From: Terrimicrobiaceae bacterium
Lineage (GTDB): Bacteria; Verrucomicrobiota; Verrucomicrobiia; Chthoniobacterales; Terrimicrobiaceae
Direction of reading: 5' to 3'
Length of the DNA: 64,000 nucleotides
NCBI GenBank assembly: GCA_041752695.1
Contig: JBGSVZ010000005.1
Location: 1-64,000, forward strand
In this document: piece after piece, positions 29,123 through 38,466 of the stretch
Layout of the letters: each line of letters opens with the position of its first letter
Numbering within the stretch: position 1 is the first letter of the stretch
The notes under the pieces: model-generated
What the model was told of the DNA's origin: nothing
Databases searched by the model: none
What the model saw: the letters and a program-made list of their open reading frames with translations, nothing else
Program-made: the position numbers and the translations under genes

Positions 29123-29497
29123 ATGGACATTCTCGCCCGTCCCCTTCTCTTCGCCAATATGGCGTGCATTTGGATCTACATCGTGCTCTGGCAGGGCGCG
29201 CATCGGTTTTATATTGAGTCGTTCGGAACGTGGGTCATTTCGCCGGTCATTTACACCCGCCTTTGTCCCCAGGATTATAAATACGGCCTCCTCAAAGCCC
29301 TCAATTCCGGGCCGGCTTTAGGCTATCTGCTGTGTGGGATTCCGGTCGGGATGTTTGCCGTGGCCTGTGCCCTCGGCGTGGTGGCCTATCGCAGGCGCTC
29401 ATTTCCCTTCGCCCTCCTGGCCTGTGTCATCATGAGCACCATCTTTGTGACCTATCACTCGGTGAAGCACATGGGCATGACACTTGTCATGGATTGA
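29123..29497 (+). CDS. Small membrane hypothetical protein
   Basis: Three hydrophobic segments; start 29099 or 29123. Confidence 0.6.
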   Translation: MDILARPLLFANMACIWIYIVLWQGAHRFYIESFGTWVISPVIYTRLCPQDYKYGLLKALNSGPALGYLLCGIPVGMFAVACALGVVAYRRRSFPFALLACVIMSTIFVTYHSVKHMGMTLVMD

Positions 29498-29510
29498 GCC
29501 GATTGGGGGG

Positions 29511-32225
29511 CTAAGCGTTTGTGGGAAAAGCCGATTCCGGCCGCTTCGTCCCGGATCTCCGTCTGGTTCCAAAAACCGCCACCAATCCACCGAGAAGAAG
29601 CAGGGCGCTTCCGGGTTCGGGGACGGCGATCCCATTGTTGAGCGAAGTGAGTCCGAAAGCTCCGGTCTCGGCATTGAAGGCGGTCGAGAATTGCCAGCCT
29701 TCCTCCAATCCACTCACGGCAAAGTTTGTCGTGCCGGTAAAGCCGCCGCCGACATTAAAAAAGGAAAAGGTCTGCCCAGTCTGCGGCGCAAAGCCATCGC
29801 TGAAAGCAAGTTCGATCGTGCCGTCCGTGAGAATGAGGTTTCCGGAGACGATAAACTGATCATATTGCGTCCCGGCACCGGTGCCGCCGATTTCGAGTAC
29901 AAGCGTGCCGCCATCAAGTTCGTAGTCCCCGACGATGGTAAGGACTCCCGGACTATTGCCCGGCCGCAGATAGCCCCCGGTGTGCAGAACCCCGCCGTAG
30001 AGGGTGCCCTTGCCCATGATCGTTCCGCCTTCTAATTCCAGCGTGTTGACCAGAAGTTCCGATCCCGCTCCGATGTCGAGCACACCTCCGAGCATCCGGG
30101 CACGTTCGCCGTTCGATTGCTGAATTTCCATAAAGGCCCCTTCGTCGATCGTCACCTGACCACCTGCCAGGAAAAATCCTTCCGTGCTAACCGCTGTATT
30201 TTGCCCGCTCACCTCCAGGCTGCCGCCGGAGAATACGGCAACGGTCCCACTGAATCCCGTCTGCGCTCCTCCCGTCACAGAAACGGCACCGCCTTCAATG
30301 TCGAGATTTGTCGCCACAAGAGACGCTTCCTCACGCACGTTCAGGATCCCGCCTTGCCGGACGACAATGCGGCCTCCCGCCAGGCTGGAAAAGCTGGACC
30401 CCAACCCTCGCACGTCCACCGTCCCGGTCCCTGCCGGACCGTTGCCGATGAACGTCGTGGCACCTGTGCCGAGCAGGGCTTTGCCGCCGTTTTCGAAAGT
30501 CAGGGAACCGGCAGCCCGTAGACCCACGGCGAGTGAACCATTGGCCAGAACCTGCAATTCAGCCCCCCCCGAGAAAATCGCCGCCCCCACGCCATCCGCG
30601 GCCACGTTGAAGTTTTGCTCAGCGATGACGCTGGCCTTGTCCGTCGCGAACAGATTGCCTTTCCCCTGATCGCCAACCGTTATGGTGAAGGCTTCGACGA
30701 GGGAGTTGGATCCTGTCACCTGTAGGGTGGCGGCGCCAGCGCCCGGTCCTTGTCCGATGGAGATGACGCCATCCGGAGCCCGCAATTTTCCACCGCTCTT
30801 GACCCCGAGAAAGCTTCCCGCTGTCGCGTGATTGGCCACCACCACGGCACCGCTGTTCACCTCCACGGTGCCGTTGAAAAACTCCACCGTTGCACCCTCC
30901 ACGCGGAGGTCCCCGGCCGCCCCGGCTGTCGCACCCAGTCGCCAGATTCCGGTCTTGAGATCAACCTCTGTGTCGCTGCCGTTGCTGGCCAGCAAGCGTC
31001 CGCTATTGACCAGTCCCGCGGTAGGCAGTTCGATCGTTTTCAAACCTTGCTCCGTCAGCCGCACGGTGTCCCCCGTGCCGGGTACCACGCCTTCCGACCA
31101 GTTTGGCGCATGATCGAAGGCAAACCCCTCGGCCCCCTCCCAGACGAATTCTGGCATGAAAAAGCTCATCCGATAGTGTCGGAGTTCGGAATCCGTTCCG
31201 TTGAAATATTGGCCTGTGCCCACGATGTAGCCGTTACTGAGCGCCTGGATGTCGAGCAAGTTCGTGAAGCCCGGCGTGATGCCGTCGCTCATGAATCCGG
31301 CGGCGAGACTTTCGATGTCGTCGATAACATAGCTGACACCGCTGTAGTAGACGAGGTTGGAGCCGACCAACACATGGCCGAAGTCGTTGATCGCTCTGGC
31401 CCCCGACTGTTCGATACTCCTCATCACGCCATTTTCGTAAAGGAAGCTTTCATTGGCTCCCTGCGCGGTGGTGGAGTCCCCGATGATCTGTCCGGAGCTG
31501 TTGATGGCCGTGGCGCGACTGTAAGTGCCCCCCAAAGTGCCCAGACCCGTCATGCCGGACTCGTCGGAGTAAAGGAATGCGTGGATTTCCAAGTTCGCTG
31601 TCGAGGATTCTCCGACGACCATCCCCGCCGTGTTGATGCCGTTGGCCTGACCGTAAAAGGCGTTCCCGGACGTGCCCCCGAGATTTCCCAGAGGAGTGAG
31701 CGTTCCGTCGCGGTAGACGAAGGGTTGGGTTTTGTCGAGCCCGGTCCGATACTGTCCGGCAATCTGCCCGGGGTCGTTAATCGCAAGACCGTAGGTGGAA
31801 GTTCCCCCCCCGCCTCCGATCGGGCTCGTGGTCCCTTCGAAATAGACAAACGCTCTGGGAGAAAAACTGACCACGGACGTGCCCGTGACCTCCGCGGAGT
31901 TGTTCAGCGCCGTTGCGCTGGAGGTCGGGCCGCTCCCCAGATCTCCGACGTCAACGTAGGTGCTGCCGTCGTAAAGAAACGACCGCCGAGCGTTGTAGAT
32001 ATCAAAGTCGTAGAATGATCCCACAAATTGACCCGCATCGTTCACGTCCGTGATATCGCCCTTGTAAGCCGCATCAAGCAGGCCGGTGACTGCGAACGGT
32101 GCGGCCCGGAGTGGCGAGAGCGGGAGTAAACTGACCGCCGCGCAGGTGGCGGTCACCCATCTCAGCTTACCGGCTCGCTGCCTCGCCCATTTCCCCGCCC
32201 TTCTGCATCCCCGTGGTGTAACCAT
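29511..32225 (-). CDS. PEP-CTERM surface protein with HAF repeats and a beta-helix/passenger-like region
   Basis: HAFLY..GLGTLGG.YS.A.AIN..GQI.G repeats; PGNSPG.LTI.G; C-terminal VPEPGSALLLLGGLVAVFGTRRR. Confidence 0.9.
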   Translation of the reverse strand: MVTPRGCRRAGKWARQRAGKLRWVTATCAAVSLLPLSPLRAAPFAVTGLLDAAYKGDITDVNDAGQFVGSFYDFDIYNARRSFLYDGSTYVDVGDLGSGPTSSATALNNSAEVTGTSVVSFSPRAFVYFEGTTSPIGGGGGTSTYGLAINDPGQIAGQYRTGLDKTQPFVYRDGTLTPLGNLGGTSGNAFYGQANGINTAGMVVGESSTANLEIHAFLYSDESGMTGLGTLGGTYSRATAINSSGQIIGDSTTAQGANESFLYENGVMRSIEQSGARAINDFGHVLVGSNLVYYSGVSYVIDDIESLAAGFMSDGITPGFTNLLDIQALSNGYIVGTGQYFNGTDSELRHYRMSFFMPEFVWEGAEGFAFDHAPNWSEGVVPGTGDTVRLTEQGLKTIELPTAGLVNSGRLLASNGSDTEVDLKTGIWRLGATAGAAGDLRVEGATVEFFNGTVEVNSGAVVVANHATAGSFLGVKSGGKLRAPDGVISIGQGPGAGAATLQVTGSNSLVEAFTITVGDQGKGNLFATDKASVIAEQNFNVAADGVGAAIFSGGAELQVLANGSLAVGLRAAGSLTFENGGKALLGTGATTFIGNGPAGTGTVDVRGLGSSFSSLAGGRIVVRQGGILNVREEASLVATNLDIEGGAVSVTGGAQTGFSGTVAVFSGGSLEVSGQNTAVSTEGFFLAGGQVTIDEGAFMEIQQSNGERARMLGGVLDIGAGSELLVNTLELEGGTIMGKGTLYGGVLHTGGYLRPGNSPGVLTIVGDYELDGGTLVLEIGGTGAGTQYDQFIVSGNLILTDGTIELAFSDGFAPQTGQTFSFFNVGGGFTGTTNFAVSGLEEGWQFSTAFNAETGAFGLTSLNNGIAVPEPGSALLLLGGLVAVFGTRRRSGTKRPESAFPTNA

Positions 32226-32270
32226 CCGGGGGGCTTTACCCGTTTTCCGGACGGTTGCCAATCGCCCATT

Positions 32271-32307
32271 CGGGTGATATTCGGAGAAATATCCGGAACA
32301 CCACCCG
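32271..32307 (-). terminator. Hairpin downstream of fabG / in the leader of the PEP-CTERM gene
   Basis: Minus strand CGGGTGGTGTTCCGGA-TATTTC-TCCGAATATCACCCG with G-U pairs; no U-tract. Confidence 0.35.
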
Positions 32308-32337
32308 GCCGCGCGGTCCAATTTCCTGGAGGATGCC

Positions 32338-33087
32338 TTACATACTCATGCCGCCATCGACTGCCAGCACCTGTCCGGTGATATAAGCGGCTTCGGGGCT
32401 GGCAAAGTAGGCAACGGCTGAGGCGATGTCGTCGCTTGATCCCATGCGGCCCTGCGGAATCATGGCGAGGGCACCCTTTTTCACTTCGTCGCTAAGGACG
32501 GCGGTCATGTCGGTTTCGGTGAAACCCGGCGCGACGACGTTGACCGTGATGTTCCGACTGGCGAGTTCGCGGGCCAGCGTTTTGCTCAGGCCGATGAGTC
32601 CGGCTTTGCTGGCGGCGTAGTTGGCCTGTCCGGCGGTGCCGAGGATGCCGCTGACGGAGCTGATGTTGATAATGCGACCAACCCGTTGTTTCACCATGGC
32701 GCGGAGCACGGCGCGGCTAAAGTTGAAAGCGCCTTTGAGGTTGGTGTTGAGCACGATGTCCCAATCGTCCGAGCTCATGCGCATGGCGAGGGTGTCGCGG
32801 GTGATGCCGGCGTTGTTGACCAGGATGTCGCAGCGGCCGAAGTCCGCAAGGATTTGCTCGCCGACTTTCTGCACAGCGTCGAAATCCGCCACGTCTACGG
32901 CGTAGGGTTTGGCGGTGTCGGGCGTGGCGGCGTTGAGGGCGTCGGAAACCTTTTGGGAGTTGGCTTCCGTGCGGCTGACCACGGCGACTTTTGCTCCCTC
33001 GGCAGCGAGGCGCTTGGCGATGGCTTCTCCGATGCCGCGTCCGGCTCCGGTGACAATGGCGACTTGGTTTTCGAATCGTTTGCTCAT
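32338..33087 (-). CDS. fabG: 3-oxoacyl-ACP reductase
   Basis: TGAGRGIG, NNAGITRD, NYAASK, VDGGM. Confidence 0.93.
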   Translation of the reverse strand: MSKRFENQVAIVTGAGRGIGEAIAKRLAAEGAKVAVVSRTEANSQKVSDALNAATPDTAKPYAVDVADFDAVQKVGEQILADFGRCDILVNNAGITRDTLAMRMSSDDWDIVLNTNLKGAFNFSRAVLRAMVKQRVGRIINISSVSGILGTAGQANYAASKAGLIGLSKTLARELASRNITVNVVAPGFTETDMTAVLSDEVKKGALAMIPQGRMGSSDDIASAVAYFASPEAAYITGQVLAVDGGMSM

Positions 33088-33097
33088 GATATGTAAT

Positions 33098-34255
33098 TTA
33101 AAGTTTCACCCAGCTCCGGGTTTTGGCGCTCTGCTCGACGGCTGCGAGCACCTTTTCGTTTTGCATGCCGTCCTCGAACGTTGGCTGCACGCTTTTGCCG
33201 GCGACCACGGCCTTCACAAAATCCGCGAAGGCGTTCACGAAGGTGTGTTCGTAGCCGATGATGTGCCCGGGCGGCCACCATGAGCCGGCATAGGGATGAA
33301 CGCCTTCAGTCACGATGATGTCGCGAAAACCGCGGCGATCCTCCGGATCCTCGGTGTTAAAATATTGGAGGCGGTTCATATCCTCGAAGTTGAAGGCGAG
33401 GGAGCCCTTGCTGCCATTGACTTCCAGCGTGATGTGATTTTTGCGGCCGTTGGCAAAACGGGTCGCTTCGAGGTTGGCGATGGCCCCATTCTTAAAACGC
33501 CCAATCCACGACACCGCGTCGTCCACCGTGACTTTGCCCGTCTTTTTCGCTCCCTTCGCCGCGAGGCCCGCGCCGGCTTCTTCCTGCAGGGGGCGTTCCT
33601 TGATGAACGTTTCCATCAGCCCGCAGACCTCCTTGATTTCGCCCACGAGATATCGGCCCAGGTCAATGATATGGGCGTCGATGTCGCCATGGGTGCCGGA
33701 TCCCGCGATCTTGGCCTGGAGGCGCCAGACGAGGGGGAAGTTCGGATCGGCAATCCAGTCCTGGGCATACCGGGCGCGGTAGTGGTAAATCCGGTCGCCG
33801 AGGTCGCCGCGCTCGATCATGCGTTTGGCCAGCGCGATGGCGGGGATGCGGCGGTAGTTGTGGCAGATCATGTTTACCACCTTCGCTTTTTTGACGGCCG
33901 CGACCATTTGCTCGCATTCCGGCACGTCCATCGCAAGCGGCTTCTCGCAGAGAATGGCTTTGCCGTACTTCGCGGCCTCGAGGACGATCTCACAATGACT
34001 GTCGTTCGGCGTGCAGACGTCAATGACATCAATCTCCGGATCGCTCACCACCGCACGCCAGTCCGTGCTCGCCTTCTGCCAGCCGAGTTGCTCACGGGCG
34101 GCTTCCACACTCTTGGCAGTGCGACCGCAGATGGTGTGGAGGTTGACGCCGGCCGGCAGATCGAAAAACCGCGGGGCCTGACGCCACGCATTGGAATGGG
34201 CCTTGCCCATGAAGTTGTAGCCGATCATTCCAATGTTGAGAGTGCGTTTGGGCAT
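33098..34255 (-). CDS. Gfo/Idh/MocA family oxidoreductase
   Basis: IGYNFMGKAH, CEKPLA, GDIDAHIID. Confidence 0.92.
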   Translation of the reverse strand: MPKRTLNIGMIGYNFMGKAHSNAWRQAPRFFDLPAGVNLHTICGRTAKSVEAAREQLGWQKASTDWRAVVSDPEIDVIDVCTPNDSHCEIVLEAAKYGKAILCEKPLAMDVPECEQMVAAVKKAKVVNMICHNYRRIPAIALAKRMIERGDLGDRIYHYRARYAQDWIADPNFPLVWRLQAKIAGSGTHGDIDAHIIDLGRYLVGEIKEVCGLMETFIKERPLQEEAGAGLAAKGAKKTGKVTVDDAVSWIGRFKNGAIANLEATRFANGRKNHITLEVNGSKGSLAFNFEDMNRLQYFNTEDPEDRRGFRDIIVTEGVHPYAGSWWPPGHIIGYEHTFVNAFADFVKAVVAGKSVQPTFEDGMQNEKVLAAVEQSAKTRSWVKL

Positions 34256-34358
34256 AGGAAAAGGGAGTTTGGGTGGAAAAGCGACTCCACCAAAAGCGCC
34301 GCGGAGTGGAAATGAAAAAGTGCGGGCGAGATGGCCCAAGGCGGGGAGATCGATGCGA

Positions 34359-35018
34359 CTATCGGTCCTCGAAATCCAGATGCGGCTGCCATTCCTTGCC
34401 AAAAGGCAAAAACTGCCGCGCGTTCGGGTCGTAGGCAAAGAGCTCGGCGCCCGCGATTTTGAAATACCACGCGTGCAGGCTGAGTGAGCCGTCGGCGAGC
34501 CGGCGTTGGACGCAGGGATAGGTCGTCAGATTTTCCACCGCGAAAAGGACGTTTTCCTCTCCCGCCGCATTTGACTGATCGTCGGCCTTGTTCAGATGTT
34601 GGTAGCGTTGGAGGACGGTTTCACGAACCGGAGCGGCCAGCGACAACCATTTCCCGAGGTGGGGCATGGCCGAAAGATCCGGAGCGTCAAGGAGCGCGCG
34701 CATGGCACCACACTGCGAATGACCGCAGACCACCACATCGGCAACCCCCAGGGTTTCGACGGCAAATTCGACGGCGGCCGCCGTGGAGTTGTAGCCTCCG
34801 ACGGCATGTGGCGGAACGATGTTCCCCACGTTTTTGACGACAAACAAATCGCCCGGTTTGCTTTGGGTGATCAACTCCGCGAGCACGCGCGAATCCGAGC
34901 ACGTGATAAAAAGCGTGTGCGGGTTTTGCCCGTCCTTCGCCAGACGCTGGAAGAGTTCTTCGTAGTGACCAAACTCCTCCGTGCGAAATCGGTGAATTCC
35001 TTCGATGAGTTGCTGCAC
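34359..35018 (-). CDS. Beta-class carbonic anhydrase
   Basis: CSDSRV, NVGN, HSQCGA zinc ligands. Confidence 0.95.
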   Translation of the reverse strand: MQQLIEGIHRFRTEEFGHYEELFQRLAKDGQNPHTLFITCSDSRVLAELITQSKPGDLFVVKNVGNIVPPHAVGGYNSTAAAVEFAVETLGVADVVVCGHSQCGAMRALLDAPDLSAMPHLGKWLSLAAPVRETVLQRYQHLNKADDQSNAAGEENVLFAVENLTTYPCVQRRLADGSLSLHAWYFKIAGAELFAYDPNARQFLPFGKEWQPHLDFEDR

Positions 35019-35093
35019 GGCGACAGGGAAGGGGATTCGACCCGTTTGAACAAGGACGGATTCCGCCGCGGGGTCTCCGATAGAAATCCCACC

Positions 35094-35735
35094 ATGGCCT
35101 TTCTCGAATGTCGCTTTTTCTCCGAGTCTCTGCAGTTGTCCTGCACGATGAACGTCATCCTACCGCAGCAGACGCGCGCGCAGATCGGCATGGCCGGACA
35201 AAAAAACCGCCCTCTGGCTTCTTCACGGCATGAGCGATGATCACACCATTCCGGGCCCGCCGCACTTCCATCGAATGCTACGCCGCCGAAACGGGACTGG
35301 CCGTCATCATGCCCGCCGCCAACCTGAGTTTGTCTCAGGACATGGCCGCCGGCCCGAAATACGTCACCTCTCTCCCCGCAGCGTAACTTCGTCGCCGGCC
35401 TCTCCATGGGCGGGTACGGCGCGCTTTCCCAGCCCGAACGTTTCGCCGCCGCGGCCAGCCTCTCTGGCGCCTTGGACGCCGCGGAAATCGCCCGCCGACG
35501 CGATGACCATATTCGCACGGTCAGGCAGTCCGCCTTCGGCCCAGCGGACAAAATTTCGGGCGACTCATCCGACCTCTTTGCCCTCGCCAGAAAGCTTGTT
35601 CGCTCCTGTGCCAAACCGCCCGTGCCTTACGCCTGCTGTGGCACCGACGACCACCTCCTTCCCGGCAACCGGCTTTTTGTCGAACATGCCAAGAAGCTGG
35701 GACTGCCTCTGGCTTACGAGGAAAACCAAGGCTTA
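35094..35735 (+). pseudogene. Decayed esterase (tributyrin esterase / S-formylglutathione hydrolase-like)
   Basis: Fragments in shifting frames: MAFLECRFFSESL; LWLLHGMSDDHTI; RRTSIECYA..LAVIMP; FVAGLSMGGYGAL; CGTDDHL; the catalytic-His segment after YEENQG is missing. Confidence 0.85.
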
Positions 35736-35751
35736 GGAGTATTTGTAAGTT

Positions 35752-36468
35752 TCAGCGCACTCGCCGCAATCGCAGGACGGCCAGCGCGCCCAGACCGAGA
35801 AGCATGGCACTTGAAGGCTCCGGCACCGCGGTCGCATCAAGGCGCACATCGTCGAAGTTCACCTCAATACCCTCACCATTCAGATTCACCAGCCGTATGC
35901 CCAGCGCCTGACCGGCGTTGGCATGGCTCAATCCCGTCGTGAGCGTCACCGTGGACGTTAAGAATTCGCCCTCCCCCGGAGCCAGCGTGTTGTCGTCGGT
36001 CGCAATGACCACTCCGCCCGCCAGCAATTCCACGCGATAGCCGGGGAAGCCTTCGAAGTCGAACGTAGGAGTCGGACTGTCCTCGGGGGCGAAATTTCCC
36101 ACCTCCACCGTGAGGGTGTACTGCGTAGAGAGTTGCAGGGTGTCGCCGAGCGTCTGTCGCAAACCGGCTTCCGCAATGTTGAAATCGTTGAGGAGAAAAA
36201 CCACGCCGACATTGGCTCCCCCGGGTGCCCCCTCCGTGAAGGAGTTTGTCGTCGAGGGATTCCACACGCCAAAGTAGCGGAAGCCGTTGGTGTCGCCCGT
36301 ATTATAGACCGCCCAGCCAGCTGGCGCGGCATTCGTGTTTCCCGTGAATGTTGCGGGAGCCGTGACCGGGGTCTCGAAGCCCGGATTGGAGATGGAAATG
36401 GAGGCCGCATTTGCCGCAGCGCAGAGCGCGAGGCACATGCCAGTCAGCAGGAAATGAGGAATTCGCAT
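35752..36468 (-). CDS. PEP-CTERM protein (carbohydrate-binding-like fold)
   Basis: Signal peptide, ISNPGFE, FDDVRL, VPEPSSAMLLGLGALAVLRLRR. Confidence 0.9.
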   Translation of the reverse strand: MRIPHFLLTGMCLALCAAANAASISISNPGFETPVTAPATFTGNTNAAPAGWAVYNTGDTNGFRYFGVWNPSTTNSFTEGAPGGANVGVVFLLNDFNIAEAGLRQTLGDTLQLSTQYTLTVEVGNFAPEDSPTPTFDFEGFPGYRVELLAGGVVIATDDNTLAPGEGEFLTSTVTLTTGLSHANAGQALGIRLVNLNGEGIEVNFDDVRLDATAVPEPSSAMLLGLGALAVLRLRRVR

Positions 36469-36693
36469 AACCCCGGGAGGTGAACTGATGTGAAATTGTC
36501 AGATGAGCTGAGGAAGTCACTCCCATTTTAATTCGGATCGCCAAGAACAACGGTTACGGTCCGTGGACTAGCGACGCCACGGAATGGCGGGTGCTTTTCT
36601 TCGATGAGGGTCTGCACTGACTCCCCGCCGGGCAGGTGTCAGGTCGAGACCACCGAGGCCGGAAGGGCGTAAGTCAATTTGCGGAAACGCTCG

Positions 36694-37110
36694 TTAAAAC
36701 TCGATGCGGAGCACCTGGGCCTGTCGTCCCGAGCGGAACTCGCGGGGGGTCAGCTGATTGTCCTTGTTGGAATCCGCGTAAGTCCGCGTGAAGTCGAAAA
36801 CCCGCACGTTGGAACCCACGCGCATGAGTTCCGTCCGCGTGACCACGCCGTCCTTGTTCTGGTCGGCGAGGAGGAAGCTCCGCCTGTCGCCGCCGGCGTT
36901 GGTCCATTCGACGAGCGTGACCGTGCCGTCCTTGTTGGCGTCAGAGATCTCCAGCGCACGTTCGCTGTAGGCCGTCGGGAAGGTTTGCAGCGTGTAGGGA
37001 ACGTCCCATTGCGTGTTTTTTGGAGGAAGTTGGCAGCCGGCGAGAAACAAGCTGGTGGCCAGCGGAAGGAGGCCCAACCTGATGACGCGCGTCGCGAAAG
37101 GAAAAGTCAT
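36694..37110 (-). CDS. EF-hand lipoprotein
   Basis: Lipobox LAGC; DANKDGTVTLVE, DQNKDGVVTRTE, DSNKDNQLTPRE. Confidence 0.8.
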   Translation of the reverse strand: MTFPFATRVIRLGLLPLATSLFLAGCQLPPKNTQWDVPYTLQTFPTAYSERALEISDANKDGTVTLVEWTNAGGDRRSFLLADQNKDGVVTRTELMRVGSNVRVFDFTRTYADSNKDNQLTPREFRSGRQAQVLRIEF

Positions 37111-37159
37111 CTGCGGGGAATATCCGAAACGCTTACCCGCGGGCAACTGCAATCTGGAC

Positions 37160-37360
37160 GCCCTGCCCAGCCGGCGGCGCAGCGCCGATCGTCCCACCAG
37201 CATCAACCGCACCAGTTCCAGCCCCCTCACCTTGCGTAACAATAAATGTCCCAGGTGGGACATTTATTGTAAAAAGTTTGCGAGGCGGATGCTGGGCGTG
37301 GGGTGTTGCTGGGGGGGGCTTTTTTTGCGTCGCGGCCGATGTTCTGCGGGTAGGCAGGGC
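37160..37360 (+). repeat. ~200-nt imperfect inverted repeat with a perfect 15-bp-arm core
   Basis: ACAATAAATGTCCCA-GG-TGGGACATTTATTGT (37239-37270) plus nested outer arms. Confidence 0.75.
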
Positions 37361-37405
37361 AGTTCTTCACCTCTTGACTCAGAGGTGCGGAGGGAATAGC
37401 ACGGC

Positions 37406-38404
37406 ATGATGCCGACGGAGCCCACCCCTAGCGCGCCCCCCTTTGTCTCAACGGGGAAATTGCCCAGTCCGGAACGTGCGCAAGCTTTGGTGGATGAGGC
37501 GCATCGGTTGTTCCGCGACAATTCGGAGGGGGAAAATTCTCAAGTGTATCCGGCGCTTGCCCGGGTGCCTGCCCAGCTTTTCGGTATTTGCATTGTGGGG
37601 GTGAGTGGGAATGTTTTTCAGGCCGGTGAGGCCGACTCGGAGTTTTCCATCATGAGCGTGTCGAAACCCTTTGTCTTCGCCTTGATTTGCGGAGTGATCG
37701 GGGTCGAGGAAGCTCGTGCAAAAATCGGTGCAAATGCCACCGGGTATGCCTTCAATTCCCTGGCCGGGATCGAAAGGCATCCCAAAGGCCTGACGAACCC
37801 GATGGTCAACTCCGGCGCAATCGCCACCACAAGTCTCGCGCCCGGGGCCACCCACGAGGACAAGTGGCAGTTTCTTTATGACGGGCTGTCGCGGTTTGCC
37901 GGGAGGAAACTGCCGATGAATGAGGAGGTTCTGGCCTCGGCCTCCGCCACGAATTTTCGCAACCAAGGCATTGCGCGGACGCTGCAAAGCTACGGAGCCA
38001 TTTACGACGATCCCGCGGCGGCTGTTGATCTTTACACCCGGCAATGCTCCCTCAACGTAAGTGCGCGGGACCTGGCGGTGATGGGCGCCACGCTGGCTGA
38101 TGGCGGGGTGAATCCCATCACAAAAGAGCGGGTTGTTGATGCCTCGATCTGTCATTACGTATTGGCCGTGATGGCCACCGCAGGATTGTATGAAACCTCG
38201 GGGGACTGGCTGTTTGACATCGGGCTGCCGGGAAAAAGTGGCATCGGCGGGGGGATTGTGACGGTTTCCCCGGGCAAGGGGGGCTTGGGAACTTTCGCGC
38301 CGCCGCTCGACAAGGCCGGGAATAGCGTAAGGGGTCAACTGGCCGCCAAGTTTTTGTCGCAGCAGTTGGGGATGGATCTTTTTGTCTCACAGCCTGAGGC
38401 CTGA
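37406..38404 (+). CDS. glsA: Glutaminase A
   Basis: FSIMSVSKPF (SxxK), NPMVNSGAI, PGKSGIGGGI. Confidence 0.95.
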   Translation: MMPTEPTPSAPPFVSTGKLPSPERAQALVDEAHRLFRDNSEGENSQVYPALARVPAQLFGICIVGVSGNVFQAGEADSEFSIMSVSKPFVFALICGVIGVEEARAKIGANATGYAFNSLAGIERHPKGLTNPMVNSGAIATTSLAPGATHEDKWQFLYDGLSRFAGRKLPMNEEVLASASATNFRNQGIARTLQSYGAIYDDPAAAVDLYTRQCSLNVSARDLAVMGATLADGGVNPITKERVVDASICHYVLAVMATAGLYETSGDWLFDIGLPGKSGIGGGIVTVSPGKGGLGTFAPPLDKAGNSVRGQLAAKFLSQQLGMDLFVSQPEA

Positions 38405-38466
38405 CCCGTTGTTCGCCGCGCTGGCGCGGGGCTTTACGGCGGGGATGCCAATTTTCGAAAACCTTT

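Noticed and set aside
36555..36660. c-di-GMP-I riboswitch call
   Set aside because: Lacks the GGCAAAC...GNRA...GACGCAAA core
37239..37270. Resemblance of ACAATAAATGTC to Tn7 TnsB sites
   Set aside because: No terminal TGT/ACA with repeated sites and no tns genes; likely coincidental
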